Assembly (NCBI GenBank): GCA_963693365.1
Contig: CAVNZM010000022.1
Span: 1-64,000, forward strand
Length of the DNA stretch: 64,000 nucleotides
Reading direction: 5' to 3'
Origin: Amoebidium appalachense
Taxonomy: Eukaryota > Protista > Ichthyosporea
The translations under genes and the position numbers were made by a program. Under the pieces are notes generated by a model. The model did not search any database. It worked only from the letters and a program-made list of their open reading frames with translations, and was not told the DNA's origin. How positions within the stretch are numbered: the first letter of the stretch is position 1; the number at the start of each line of letters is the position of its first letter. This document shows positions 51,576 through 61,444 of the stretch, in pieces.

Positions 51576-54014
51576 CTACAAGGCCGCGGCCGCGTTGGAG
51601 GGGGGCTCGTCGTTGCCGGGGCCGTCGGCGCGATGGCGTCTGCGAGGTGTTTCTTCGTCCCGCCCGTCGCCATCGTCCGCCTCCGACCTCCGCCTTTTCT
51701 GGGCGGATTGCGACTCGAACACTTCCATTAAACCCTTCAACCGGGCGCCGACCCCAGCCTCGATGCGAGATTCTATGTCTTTTTCCAGGTCTTCTTTTTC
51801 CTTGACCAGTTCGGCAATCCTCGAATAATAGGATTCCCATTTCGATTCCCATTTCTGGTTCTTGTTATGTTCAGTCTCATAGTTCTGTGTGGTCTTTGAA
51901 AGCTCCCGTGTGAGTTTGGCCACCTTCCCTATCTGGCCAGCGAGTTCCGTCTCGAGTTCTTTAATTTCCCGCTCGAGGCGTTTTCGCTCCGTTTCCTTGG
52001 TCTCCTTCCATTTCGTATTTTCGGCTTCGAGTTTGCGAACTTTCTCTTCGAGGCCGTTGATCGTTGTCGAGTCCGCGTTGTTACGACGTGTGAGCTCCTC
52101 GATCTTCGCGTCCTTCTCCGCGCTAAGCTTGTCTAATTTTTCCCTCGTCTCTTTTCCTCCCACGACTGCGATCTTCAAATTTTGCTTCAGCGTCGCGCTT
52201 TCCTGCTCGAGCTTAACGATCTGCGCGCGGTGCCGCTCCGAAACCATGCCGACGAGGCGCGTGACGGTGGAAACCACCTCCATAGTGGCCACGGAGTCGC
52301 CGCCGAGTAGACCGGATAGGTCGCTCAAGGGGTCGGCTGAGGGTGGGAGTGCGAGACGCGCGGGCCGTCTAACGTCTTGCTCCTGCTCCTCCGCTCGCTC
52401 CTTCTCAGTCTCTCGTTCTCGTTCGAACTCTCGCTCCGCTCCCTTGTTCTCTTCACGCTCATCTCGCTCCGTTCCCTCGTTCTGTGGATCTCGTTCCAAA
52501 TCTCGCTCCTCTCGCACTTGCTCCTCTCTCTCCTTCTCTCGCTCCTCCGCTCGCTCCATCTCTCGTTCCTTCTCTCGCACTCGCTCCTCCGCTTGCTCCT
52601 TCTCTCGCTCCTCCGCCCGCTCCTTCTTCTCTCGCTCCTTCTCTCGCACTCGCTCCTCCGCTTGCTCCTTCTCTCGCTCCTCCGCTTGCTCCTTCTCTCG
52701 CTCCATCTCTCGCTCCTTCTCTCGCACTCGCTCCTCCGCTTGCTCCTTCTCTCGCTCCTTCTTCTCTCGCTCCATCTCTCGCTCCTTCTTCTCTCGCTCC
52801 TTCTTCTCTCGCTCAATCTCTCGCTCCTTCTCTCGCTCCTTCTTCTCTCGCTCCATCTCTCGCTCCTTCTCTCGTTCCATCTCTCGCTCCTTCTCTCGCT
52901 CCTTCTCTCGCCCCCCCCCGTCCTTCTTCTCTCGCTCCTTCTCTCGCTCCTTCTCTCGTTCCATCTCTCGCTCCTTCTCTCGCTCCTTCTCTCTCTTGTT
53001 GTCCTCTCGATCCTTTCGCTTCTTTCGCTCCATTTCTCGATCCAACCTTGCGCTCTCTCGGTTAATTCGCGCCTCCCCTCGCCGCTGACTCTGCAGCTGT
53101 TTCTGTTGCTGGGCCCCAGCAGGCGAATGGAACAGTCCGGTCGTGGAAAATGGTTGGTGTTGCCCCGTGTGTGCCCCAGGAGAGAAGAGTCGTGGCTGTG
53201 CAAATGGTATAGGCTGTGGAGAGGCCTGCAGAGGCCGTGTCATTGGTTGTGGCTGAAACCCGAATTGCCGAGGGTCGAGAGTGTTGGGTAGAATTGGTCT
53301 GTTTTTGGTGCCGCCGGTCGTGGTTTGGGGTCCCGTGGTGGGAGCTGCCGGGGATGCAGAGGACGGTGCTGTCCGGGGTGGAAGATCGAACGGAGATGCA
53401 GAGGACGGTGCTGTCGCGGGTGGAAGATTGATATCGGGAAACCAATCTACAGGGGGAAAATCTTCCTCTTGTAGGAGCAACCACTCGAAACTTTCAATCG
53501 CCAACCAATCTATGTCCTGGGGCGGAATTGTCATCGAAGGGCGGAAAGTCTTTCCGGGTGTAAAACGTTGCAAAAATGTTGCCAAAGAACACGGATAAAC
53601 GAACGTGTTCACACCGGTCAAACGTGTAGCCGTTAAAGGTTCAACATAGAGGACTTTCAACTCATCGGCTAAATGCCTTAGTATCCCGGATGCTTTTCTC
53701 AGGCGGAGGAAATCAGAAAGCGAAGGTGTCGTGATGTGTTCATCTGGCTGTGTGCGCGATGAAGAATGTGAAGCAATGTGAATGAAATGGTGGAACGGCG
53801 TATTTGGTCCTGTTTTTGTAGAAGGTACACAAACGTGGTTGTGGTCTTCTGTGCACTCGCCCAACGCGCACGATTTATCTATAGTCACATCCAAAAACAC
53901 ATCATCTCCCCTCGTCACTAACGCTGCCTCAAAATATCGATCTTCACCAACTCTGACTCCAATAGTGCCTGGGGCGTACAGGCGCAATAAGCATGCAAAC
54001 TGTGCTCGGTCCAT
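51576..54014 (-). CDS. Large protein with E/R/K-rich repeat helix and coiled coil
   Basis: (EREKEREM)n-type repeats encoded by a CTCTCGCTCCTT microsatellite at about 52380-53040; heptad C-terminus. Confidence 0.75.
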   Translation of the reverse strand: MDRAQFACLLRLYAPGTIGVRVGEDRYFEAALVTRGDDVFLDVTIDKSCALGECTEDHNHVCVPSTKTGPNTPFHHFIHIASHSSSRTQPDEHITTPSLSDFLRLRKASGILRHLADELKVLYVEPLTATRLTGVNTFVYPCSLATFLQRFTPGKTFRPSMTIPPQDIDWLAIESFEWLLLQEEDFPPVDWFPDINLPPATAPSSASPFDLPPRTAPSSASPAAPTTGPQTTTGGTKNRPILPNTLDPRQFGFQPQPMTRPLQASPQPIPFAQPRLFSPGAHTGQHQPFSTTGLFHSPAGAQQQKQLQSQRRGEARINRESARLDREMERKKRKDREDNKREKEREKEREMEREKEREKEREKKDGGGREKEREKEREMEREKEREMEREKKEREKEREIEREKKEREKKEREMEREKKEREKEQAEERVREKEREMEREKEQAEEREKEQAEERVREKEREKKERAEEREKEQAEERVREKEREMERAEEREKEREEQVREERDLERDPQNEGTERDEREENKGAEREFERERETEKERAEEQEQDVRRPARLALPPSADPLSDLSGLLGGDSVATMEVVSTVTRLVGMVSERHRAQIVKLEQESATLKQNLKIAVVGGKETREKLDKLSAEKDAKIEELTRRNNADSTTINGLEEKVRKLEAENTKWKETKETERKRLEREIKELETELAGQIGKVAKLTRELSKTTQNYETEHNKNQKWESKWESYYSRIAELVKEKEDLEKDIESRIEAGVGARLKGLMEVFESQSAQKRRRSEADDGDGRDEETPRRRHRADGPGNDEPPSNAAAAL

Positions 54015-54465
54015 ATCTCGCGGAGTCTACGAATTCTTACGCATTTTCGGCCTAGCGATTTAGTACATTGTGGCAGCTTATTTGGCCAGGGCTGGGTTTT
54101 GTACGTTTTCTTTTTATCAAAGAGTCGCGCAGCCAATCGTTCACTTCCGATGAACCAACAACCAATCGTTATTTCGATAGGAAATCGGTGATTGGATGAT
54201 ATTCAGCCAACAAATGGGCTGTTGCCATGTGTCATTAATGATTGGTTTGTCGAAATGTCTCGCATTTTTCTTGACTTGTTGGATCGCTGATCTTCAACCA
54301 GTCATATATCTACAAATTGCTTTTCTGTTATTTTAATTGGCTAGACGTCATGCAAGTGTTTTGGGCTAAAAGATTCCCGTGCTGTGATTGGTTGCTCAAT
54401 CGTATCACGTTGGAAGATGCATCGGTATGTTGTTTTGCTTTATTGAGTCTCTCGGGTCGGACGTT

Positions 54466-54891
54466 CTACTCCGAGTCGCCGTCGTCGAGGATGGAATCTG
54501 TTTCTATATAGTTGTCCTTGTCGACGTGTTTGAGTGATTGCTTTGTGGCGAGGTCTTTGTCCGGTATGGCAGTCAGGAAGGATACCAGGTCGTTGGCCTT
54601 TTTCGTGTCCTTGAAGTACGTTTCGAGCTGACGGCGGAGATACTGTTCGCTTAGTTGTGGCTTTTTGATTGATTCTTGAAGAATCAGAAGGTCTTTCGTG
54701 GGAAGCTCGAGTGACCTGACATTTCCAGACGACATGTACTTCAGAATGGCCTTCTTTATAGTATTCATTTTCTTGGTAACAGGTTTTGTCTGTGCCGCGT
54801 GCTCCTTGATCTGTGCGTGGAGGGTTGCATAGTCACGCAAAACGCCCTTCAAGCTCTCTACATTGGAGATCTCGGTGTTTGGTTTTCCCAT
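54466..54891 (-). CDS. DUF5760-like NCLDV protein
   Basis: LKGVLRDYATLHAQIKE...ILKYMSSGNVRSLEL...KKPQLSEQYL...YF...A..L..FL fits this giant-virus family pattern. Confidence 0.7.
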   Translation of the reverse strand: MGKPNTEISNVESLKGVLRDYATLHAQIKEHAAQTKPVTKKMNTIKKAILKYMSSGNVRSLELPTKDLLILQESIKKPQLSEQYLRRQLETYFKDTKKANDLVSFLTAIPDKDLATKQSLKHVDKDNYIETDSILDDGDSE

Positions 54892-55087
54892 TTGCTATTA
54901 CACACACATAATATTTTGTGGTGTTTTCGGCGATGTCGTGGTGCCTACGTCATCGAGTCTTGGTTCTGCTTGCGTCATCGAGTCTTGTTCTGCTTGCGTC
55001 ATCGACGATTATAAATGACGATGTCATCGACCGCGAGCCCGACCGACGTTTCGATCATTGGTTGGATTTGTCCGTGTGAACCCCAAG

Positions 55088-56329
55088 ATGCGTTTTGCGA
55101 CGACCGGGGCGAGTTGTGTGCCGCTGTGCTTTTTCAACCATCCTGTCGAAGGAGCCTCCGTGTTCCTAGCCCGACCCCGTGCCTACAATCCATTTGGGGG
55201 TGTCGAGAGGTGGAGCCTTGAGACGGGCCCCGTTGGCTTCGCGAGCGCTGGTCTGGCGCGGTTTTGCGAGTTGACCACAGCGTACGTCGTGCTGGTAGTC
55301 GATTATCCGACGTTTGTTGTGTGGGGCAAATGTACAATCTCGTTGGTTAATCGCCATCGCGCGGAACCTGGCGTTGGCCAATCAGCGTTGCTGCGCGCGT
55401 CACCGGGCAGTGCAAACGCGGATAGGCGGGTTGGGGCCGCGTCGGGTGACATACTCGCGCTGGACGTCTTGCTGCCGTTCGATGTAACCGGTGCGCGTCT
55501 CGTTGGATACAGCGGTCGCCACGGGGTCGTGGTATTTTTGATCCACAGCAGCCCAGATCTGGGTGACTGGGCCTGTCCGCAGCTCCGGGGATATGGGACC
55601 GGTACTGCCGGGGCTGGGAAAGGACCCGGGTTGCCGCTTTGGTCGATGGACCGACATGTGGTCTCCGAGCATCCGTGTTCTGTGGGCGACTCACTTGTTG
55701 TGTTGTGTCGGGGAGAGCGAGGATCGACGTTTGTTGTGTCGGTTGATTGGGTCACGGGTGCGCGGAACTGGAGTGTCTGTCTGGGTGGGTGGACGGGCGC
55801 GATGGGGGTGTTGTCGGTGTCGAGTGTCGATATCCGTGTTCTGTACCACAATCATGCGCCAGGTGAGGACGGGACGCTCGCGGTGGTGGACGCGATCGGT
55901 CTGCGGGACGGCCGACTTCTTGGGGAATGCAGAGTGGATATGCTGACGACTTGTAGACCTCATTGGTGCGGTGATGAAGTCGGGTGTGCATTCTGTTCAA
56001 AGGCACCCCTCGAGCCCACACATCGATACTTTGCCAAGCGTGCGTTATGTACTTGTTGGGTGGATATGTACGAGAGGACGGTGTTGTGCCGCGGGGGCGA
56101 CCGATTGTATGTTGGTCGCCTGGGTTTCAGTAGAGGGGATAGCGATGTGCTGATATACGAAGTCGGCGCTGACGATGTGGTGCGTCTTGTCAGCCAGCAT
56201 CGCGTGTTTCTGGATGGTGTCGTGCACGCGCTGACCATGAGTGTCGCCAGTCGATTCGTTGTTTTGGGGGCACACGTGACCGCCGATGGAGGGAGTATCT
56301 TTCAGGTTTTTCGGTGGAAGATCGAGTGA
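55088..56329 (+). CDS. Beta-rich (propeller-like) hypothetical protein
   Basis: Repeats such as VVSVDWVTGARNWSV and DAIGLRDGRLLG. Confidence 0.6.
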   Translation: MRFATTGASCVPLCFFNHPVEGASVFLARPRAYNPFGGVERWSLETGPVGFASAGLARFCELTTAYVVLVVDYPTFVVWGKCTISLVNRHRAEPGVGQSALLRASPGSANADRRVGAASGDILALDVLLPFDVTGARLVGYSGRHGVVVFLIHSSPDLGDWACPQLRGYGTGTAGAGKGPGLPLWSMDRHVVSEHPCSVGDSLVVLCRGERGSTFVVSVDWVTGARNWSVCLGGWTGAMGVLSVSSVDIRVLYHNHAPGEDGTLAVVDAIGLRDGRLLGECRVDMLTTCRPHWCGDEVGCAFCSKAPLEPTHRYFAKRALCTCWVDMYERTVLCRGGDRLYVGRLGFSRGDSDVLIYEVGADDVVRLVSQHRVFLDGVVHALTMSVASRFVVLGAHVTADGGSIFQVFRWKIE

Positions 56330-56367
56330 TGTGTGGGCTCCTATTGCCCGGTGTACTAACGATTTGA

Positions 56368-56548
56368 AGCTACACAGCTGGCTATTTTTGTTTTCGTGCT
56401 CGCTTATTAGTATTCAATTTACACACCGTGTTCTGTCATTTGGTTTCGGTGTTGGCACTAAGATATGTAATTGCACACCGACATGTGTCGACGGTTCATA
56501 GTCTTTGCTTCTGTTTGCCAGCACTGCCAAAGTTTGTATCCATCAAAC
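56368..56548. repeat. About 180-bp dispersed repeat, copy B
   Basis: Reverse complement of 23283-23462. Confidence 0.9.
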
Positions 56549-56633
56549 ATTATATATAAACTGTATCTGTATCTGTGTGTTGTTCCCCGTTCCGTGCATG
56601 CTCGATAATAGCAAGTAAAATAATGGGTTAGTC

Positions 56634-57614
56634 TCATATGACCACTGATTCGATGTATCCTCGGGTGGGTGCGGCGTCCCTTGCAGGGCAGCTATGTGTG
56701 TGTTGCATTTGTGTTGTGGATTGTGCGTACGGGTCGAGCTTGCGTTCGTGGCCGACAAAGAAATTTGTCGTGAGAGTCGCGATTGTTCGGCTTGACGCGA
56801 GTGTCACTTGGTATGCCTTGAGGGATGCACATGCAAATGCTTTGTCGTCGAAGAAAGACTCGCATCTCGCCAGTGTTTTTGAGATTGTTGTCGAGCTGGA
56901 TTTGACGGCCGTGACCGTTCCACAGTCGTGCAGTGGAAACGCAACATATGTGCCTTCAAAAGCACCCTTGACGGTCCAACAGGAGCTCTGTCTGTCTCCA
57001 GAGAAGTGGATCAGTCCTGAAGATATTGCCCCGTGAACTGTCCCGTCGTATGTCATCCACGGAGACGATCCGTGTGTGAATACGCGGCCGCCGTGTACAT
57101 CCAGAAATGCAATTCTATGGATGTTTGGGTCCCTCGATGTGGCCGTTTTCTGTTGGGGTTCGTTATTTTCCTGGTAGAGTCTTTTGTAATTGGCGAGTTC
57201 GTGGTGAAGCCTAATGTTATCCTTTTCCGTCTCTTGTAATGAATTTATAAGCCTGTTCTGATTATTTAAGAGCTTGATCGCATTGCTTATTTGCGACATG
57301 ATATTTTCCAATCCCTTCTCGAGTGGATCGTCTTTGGTTTTTTCTGTTGTGCCTGGTTGCAAATGAGCAGCCATCGTCGTGAAATGGTTCAAAATTTTGA
57401 GTGTCTGTGTGGAGGTTCTGTTAAACATGTTTATTATATTTTTAATGTCGTCTATTTTGTTTGGGTCGTCGACATCAGTGCCACCCCCAACTGTTCCCGA
57501 TCCAGCGGTGTCGCTTTCTTTTGGCATTTTCGATAACAATCTGACGATGTCATCGTGTGTGGCGCTCAGTGAATTCCGAATTCCGCTTAGAATTTCTTCG
57601 TTGTCGGTTGACAT
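56634..57614 (-). CDS. Hypothetical protein with N-terminal coiled coil
   Basis: 326-aa ORF starting next to the 134-bp array. Confidence 0.65.
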   Translation of the reverse strand: MSTDNEEILSGIRNSLSATHDDIVRLLSKMPKESDTAGSGTVGGGTDVDDPNKIDDIKNIINMFNRTSTQTLKILNHFTTMAAHLQPGTTEKTKDDPLEKGLENIMSQISNAIKLLNNQNRLINSLQETEKDNIRLHHELANYKRLYQENNEPQQKTATSRDPNIHRIAFLDVHGGRVFTHGSSPWMTYDGTVHGAISSGLIHFSGDRQSSCWTVKGAFEGTYVAFPLHDCGTVTAVKSSSTTISKTLARCESFFDDKAFACASLKAYQVTLASSRTIATLTTNFFVGHERKLDPYAQSTTQMQHTHSCPARDAAPTRGYIESVVI

Positions 57615-57699
57615 TTCTGCTTATCATTGCTGTGAAAATATCGACACCGCCCGAGCGACAAATTATTGGTCTCGTAACAGACACGCCAATCGGCTAGTC

Positions 57700-59157
57700 T
57701 GGTGGGACGGAAGCACGGGTTCTGTGTGGCGACCAATCGGAACGCGCGGTTGGGGCGTGGTCGTGGTGACGGGGCTGCGGTCAAGAGTAGAAGCATCATC
57801 GAAGACCCTGTCGTGTCGGACGCGCAATCTGATTGGTGGGACGGAAACACGGGTTCTGTGTGGCGACCAATCGGAACGCGCGGTTGGGGCGTGGTCGTGG
57901 TGACGGGGCTGCGGTCAAGAGTGGCGAGCATCATCGAAGACCCTGTCGTGTCGGACGCGCAATCTGATTGGTGGGACGGAAACACGGGTTCTGTGTGGCG
58001 ACCAATCGGAACGCGCGGTTGGGGCGTGGTCGTGGTGACGGGACTGCGGTCAAGAGTAGGAGCATCATCGAAGACCCTGTCGTGTCGGACGCGCAATCTG
58101 ATTGGTGGGACGGAAACACGGGTTCTGTGTGGCGACCAATCGGAACGCGCGGTTGGGGCGTGGTCGTGGTGACGGGACTGCGGTCAAGAGTAGGAGCATC
58201 ATCGAAGACCCTGTCGTGTCGGACGCGCAATCTGATTGGTGGGACGGAAACACGAGTTCTGTGTGGCGACCAATCGGAACGCGCGGTTGGGGCGTGGTCG
58301 TGGTGACGGGGCTGCGGTCAAGAGTGGCGAGCATCATCGAAGACCCTGTCGTGTCGGACGCGCAATCTGATTGGTGGGACGGAAACACGGGTTCTGTGTG
58401 GCGACCAATCGGAACGCGCGGTTGGGGCGTGGTCGTGGTGACGGGACTGCGGTCAAGAGTAGGAGCATCATCGAAGACCCTGTCGTGTCGGACGCGCAAT
58501 CTGATTGGTGGGACGGAAACACGGGTTTCTGAGTGGCGACCAATCGGAACGCGCGGTTGGGGCGTGGTCGTGGTGACGGGACTGCGGTCAAGAGTAGAAG
58601 CATCATCGAAGACCCTGTCGTGTCGGACGCGCAATCTGATTGGTGGGACGGAAACACGGGTTTCTGAGTGGCGACTAATCGGAACGCGCGGTTGGGGCGT
58701 GGTCGTGGTGACGGGACTGCGGTCAAGAGTAGGAGCATCATCGAAGACCCTGTCGTGTCGGACGCGCAATCTGATTGGTGGGACGGAAACACGGGTTTCT
58801 GAGTGGCGACTAATCGGAACGCGCGGTTGGGGCGTGGTCGTGGTGACGGGACTGCGGTCAAGAGTAGGAGCATCATCGAATACCCTGTCGTGTCGGACGC
58901 GCAATCTGATTGGTGGGACGGAAACACGGGTTTCTGAGTGGCGACTAATCGGAACGCGCGGTTGGGGCGTGGTCGTGGTGACGGGACTGCGGTCAAGAGT
59001 AGGAGCATCATCGAAGACCCTGTCGTGTCGGACGCGCAATCTGATTGGTGGGACGGAAACACGGGTTTCTGAGTGGCGACTAATCGGAACGCGCGGTTGG
59101 GGCGTGGTCGTGTGGTCAAGAGTTCGAAGACCCTATCGTGTCGAACGCGCAATCTGA
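57700..59157. repeat. Tandem array, about 11 x 134-135 bp, with CCAAT/ATTGG motifs
   Basis: Unit GGTGGGACGGAAACACGGGTTCTG..GGCGACCAATCGG...GACGCGCAATCTGATT. Confidence 0.95.
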
Positions 59158-59393
59158 TGTGTGATATTTCTGTTGTTGTTTTTTTTTGTTAATTTATCCT
59201 CCTTCTGTGATTGATGTACAACAATCTTAAACCGGGCGGTCCAATTAATGGGTGTCTCTTGATACTTTGTTTTTGTCGCTACGTTGTGTGTCTCCTGGCT
59301 ATAAGAAGTGTTGCGTGTGTGTCAGTATGCTCATCCTACAGTCGCAGCTTTCTCTTCACATCTACTCTAGCTCTCAACGAGGCTGTTTTCAAC

Positions 59394-60518
59394 ATGTCTA
59401 ACCTTAGCTCTCGAGACTACGACTTGGGGGTTGATGGTGCTGCAATCGAGGCGGCCCTTGCCATTCCTAGGAATGTCAAAAACCTTGTGCGCGTTGCTGG
59501 GTTCGGATGTGTTGTCCGTGATCTGATGGCTACTTTTGCCGACTATACCCACGACGAGGGGCTCAAGGAAATCCTTTCTGCTATCAAGTGTATGTTACCT
59601 GAAGGGATACCGCAATACCCGAGGGGTTTCACTTCAGAAGACGAAGAGAGTCTGAGGACCGCCATCGTTTCTTACTGCAAGAGTAGCAACCGCAACGCCA
59701 AGATTGCTCGGAATGTCGAATCACGTGCCGGTGATCTCGCCCAGTCTATGGGTGCCGCCCCCATGGCCCCGCCTCAAGATGTCGCCCCCATCGCCCCGCC
59801 TCAAGATGTCGCCCCCATGGTTCCGCCTCAAGATGTCGACACCGAGATGGCCGAGCAAGACCCAGATGATACTAAGGCGGGTGATCACAATTCGGCAAGG
59901 AGCTCCAGTAGTAGGTCTGATACCGAATCGTCTTCGTCTTCATCTGATGACGATGACAACGATGACAACGATGACAACGATGACAACAAGGGGGCTATCT
60001 GTCTCAAAGAGTTCAACAGTCTTATGCAGAAGAATCGTGAGAGCCAGGACAACGTGGTTATCGATGTGCCAGCCTCGCGGTTTGCTATGTTCGATGAACT
60101 GGGCAATCCGATCTTTGTCGAGTCACGCCATCCAATCGCCGCCCCCCAAACCGCTCCGATCGATGTTTCCTCTGACGATGACACCACTCAAGATCGTCCG
60201 CCTGTCGCTCAGCCCGTTGTCTCTAATGGGATCAGTAAGACCACTGGCCGCAAGTTGGCGATTCCATCGGTGGGCAAGACCCCCCCGGGACTGCCGAGGC
60301 ACTTCGGAAGATCGCGAATGCCGGTGTTCAAAAGCACTCCAAGCCCAAGAAGTCTAAGCCCAAGAAGTCTGAGAAGTCTAAGTCGGCTCCCTCGCCCCAA
60401 TCGCCCGCACCCAACAACATTGCCGACTGTAATAACCCAGAGAGTAGAAAACGTGCATTTTCTGAATATATGGATACTTGCAAGAATATTTGTAAACTGG
60501 CAAAGAAGAATATATTGA
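59394..60518 (+). CDS. Hypothetical protein with APPQDV and DDN repeats
   Basis: ATG 59394 after TATAAG; low-complexity middle; the 3' end may be frameshifted. Confidence 0.6.
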   Translation: MSNLSSRDYDLGVDGAAIEAALAIPRNVKNLVRVAGFGCVVRDLMATFADYTHDEGLKEILSAIKCMLPEGIPQYPRGFTSEDEESLRTAIVSYCKSSNRNAKIARNVESRAGDLAQSMGAAPMAPPQDVAPIAPPQDVAPMVPPQDVDTEMAEQDPDDTKAGDHNSARSSSSRSDTESSSSSSDDDDNDDNDDNDDNKGAICLKEFNSLMQKNRESQDNVVIDVPASRFAMFDELGNPIFVESRHPIAAPQTAPIDVSSDDDTTQDRPPVAQPVVSNGISKTTGRKLAIPSVGKTPPGLPRHFGRSRMPVFKSTPSPRSLSPRSLRSLSRLPRPNRPHPTTLPTVITQRVENVHFLNIWILARIFVNWQRRIY

Positions 60519-60819
60519 CACAGGAGCAGGCTAAACAGTTTAAAATTGCGGCCTGGCAGAAGAGAATCGAAGACGAGTCAAAGCCTGATGAATAGGTTTT
60601 GTGTTGCTTTACGATGTGTTACACGGATGTAAATCATGTCATTAGTGTCGATGTATGCGTGTTCTTAGTCTTAACAGTAGATTCGGCTTCTATTAGTATG
60701 CATATGTGTTTCTGTGCTTGTTTCTTATATCGACTTGGCTTGTCAATATATATATATATATATGTAAAAAGTTTCATTGTGTTGTTACTCGATATGTTTG
60801 GTGAATATTTTTAAATAAA

Positions 60820-61350
60820 CCCCCCCCCCCCCCCCCCGGCCCCCGGCCCCCCTGCCTCACGTGCCTCACGTGCCCCCCCTGCCTCACGTGCCCCCCTGCC
60901 TCACGTGCCTCACGTGCCCCCCCTGCCCCCCCTGCCTCACCTGCCTCACGTGCCTCACCTGCCTCACGTGCCCCCCCCCTGCCCCCCCTGCCTCACGTGC
61001 CCCCCCCTGCCTCACGTGCCTCACGTGCCCCCCCCCCCCCTGCCCGGGTCAAGACTTAGCTCGTGTAGACTTAGCTTTTTTCTCTCTCTCTCTCTCTCGT
61101 GTAGACTTAGCTTTTTTCTCTCTCTCTCTCTCTCGTGTAGACTTAGCTTTTTTCTCTCTCTCTCTCTCGTGTAGACTTAGCTTTTTTCTCTCTCTCTCTT
61201 TTCTCTCTCTCTCTCTCTCTCGTGTAGACTTAGCTTTTTTCTCTCTCTCTCTCTCTCTCGTGTAGACTTAGCTTTTTTCTCTCTCTCTCTTTTCTCTCTC
61301 TCTCTCTCTCTCGTGTGGACTTAGCTTTCTCTCTCTCTCTCTCTCTCTCT
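60820..61350. repeat. Low-complexity block: C-rich TGCCTCACG repeats, then about 8 x (CTCGTGTAGACTTAGC-polyT-(CT)n)
   Basis: Directly visible. Confidence 0.9.
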
Positions 61351-61444
61351 CTGTCTGTGCCCGTGTCCATACTTAGACGTTTTGCTCCCTGTCCCCGTTC
61401 CCCGTTCCCGGCCTATTTCTGATTGGTTTCTTGTCTTTACTTTA

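Noticed and set aside
57587-59157. Repetitive ORFs over the 134-bp array (and over 22377-23312)
   Set aside because: Most unit lengths are not multiples of three, so the frames are by-products of the repeat.
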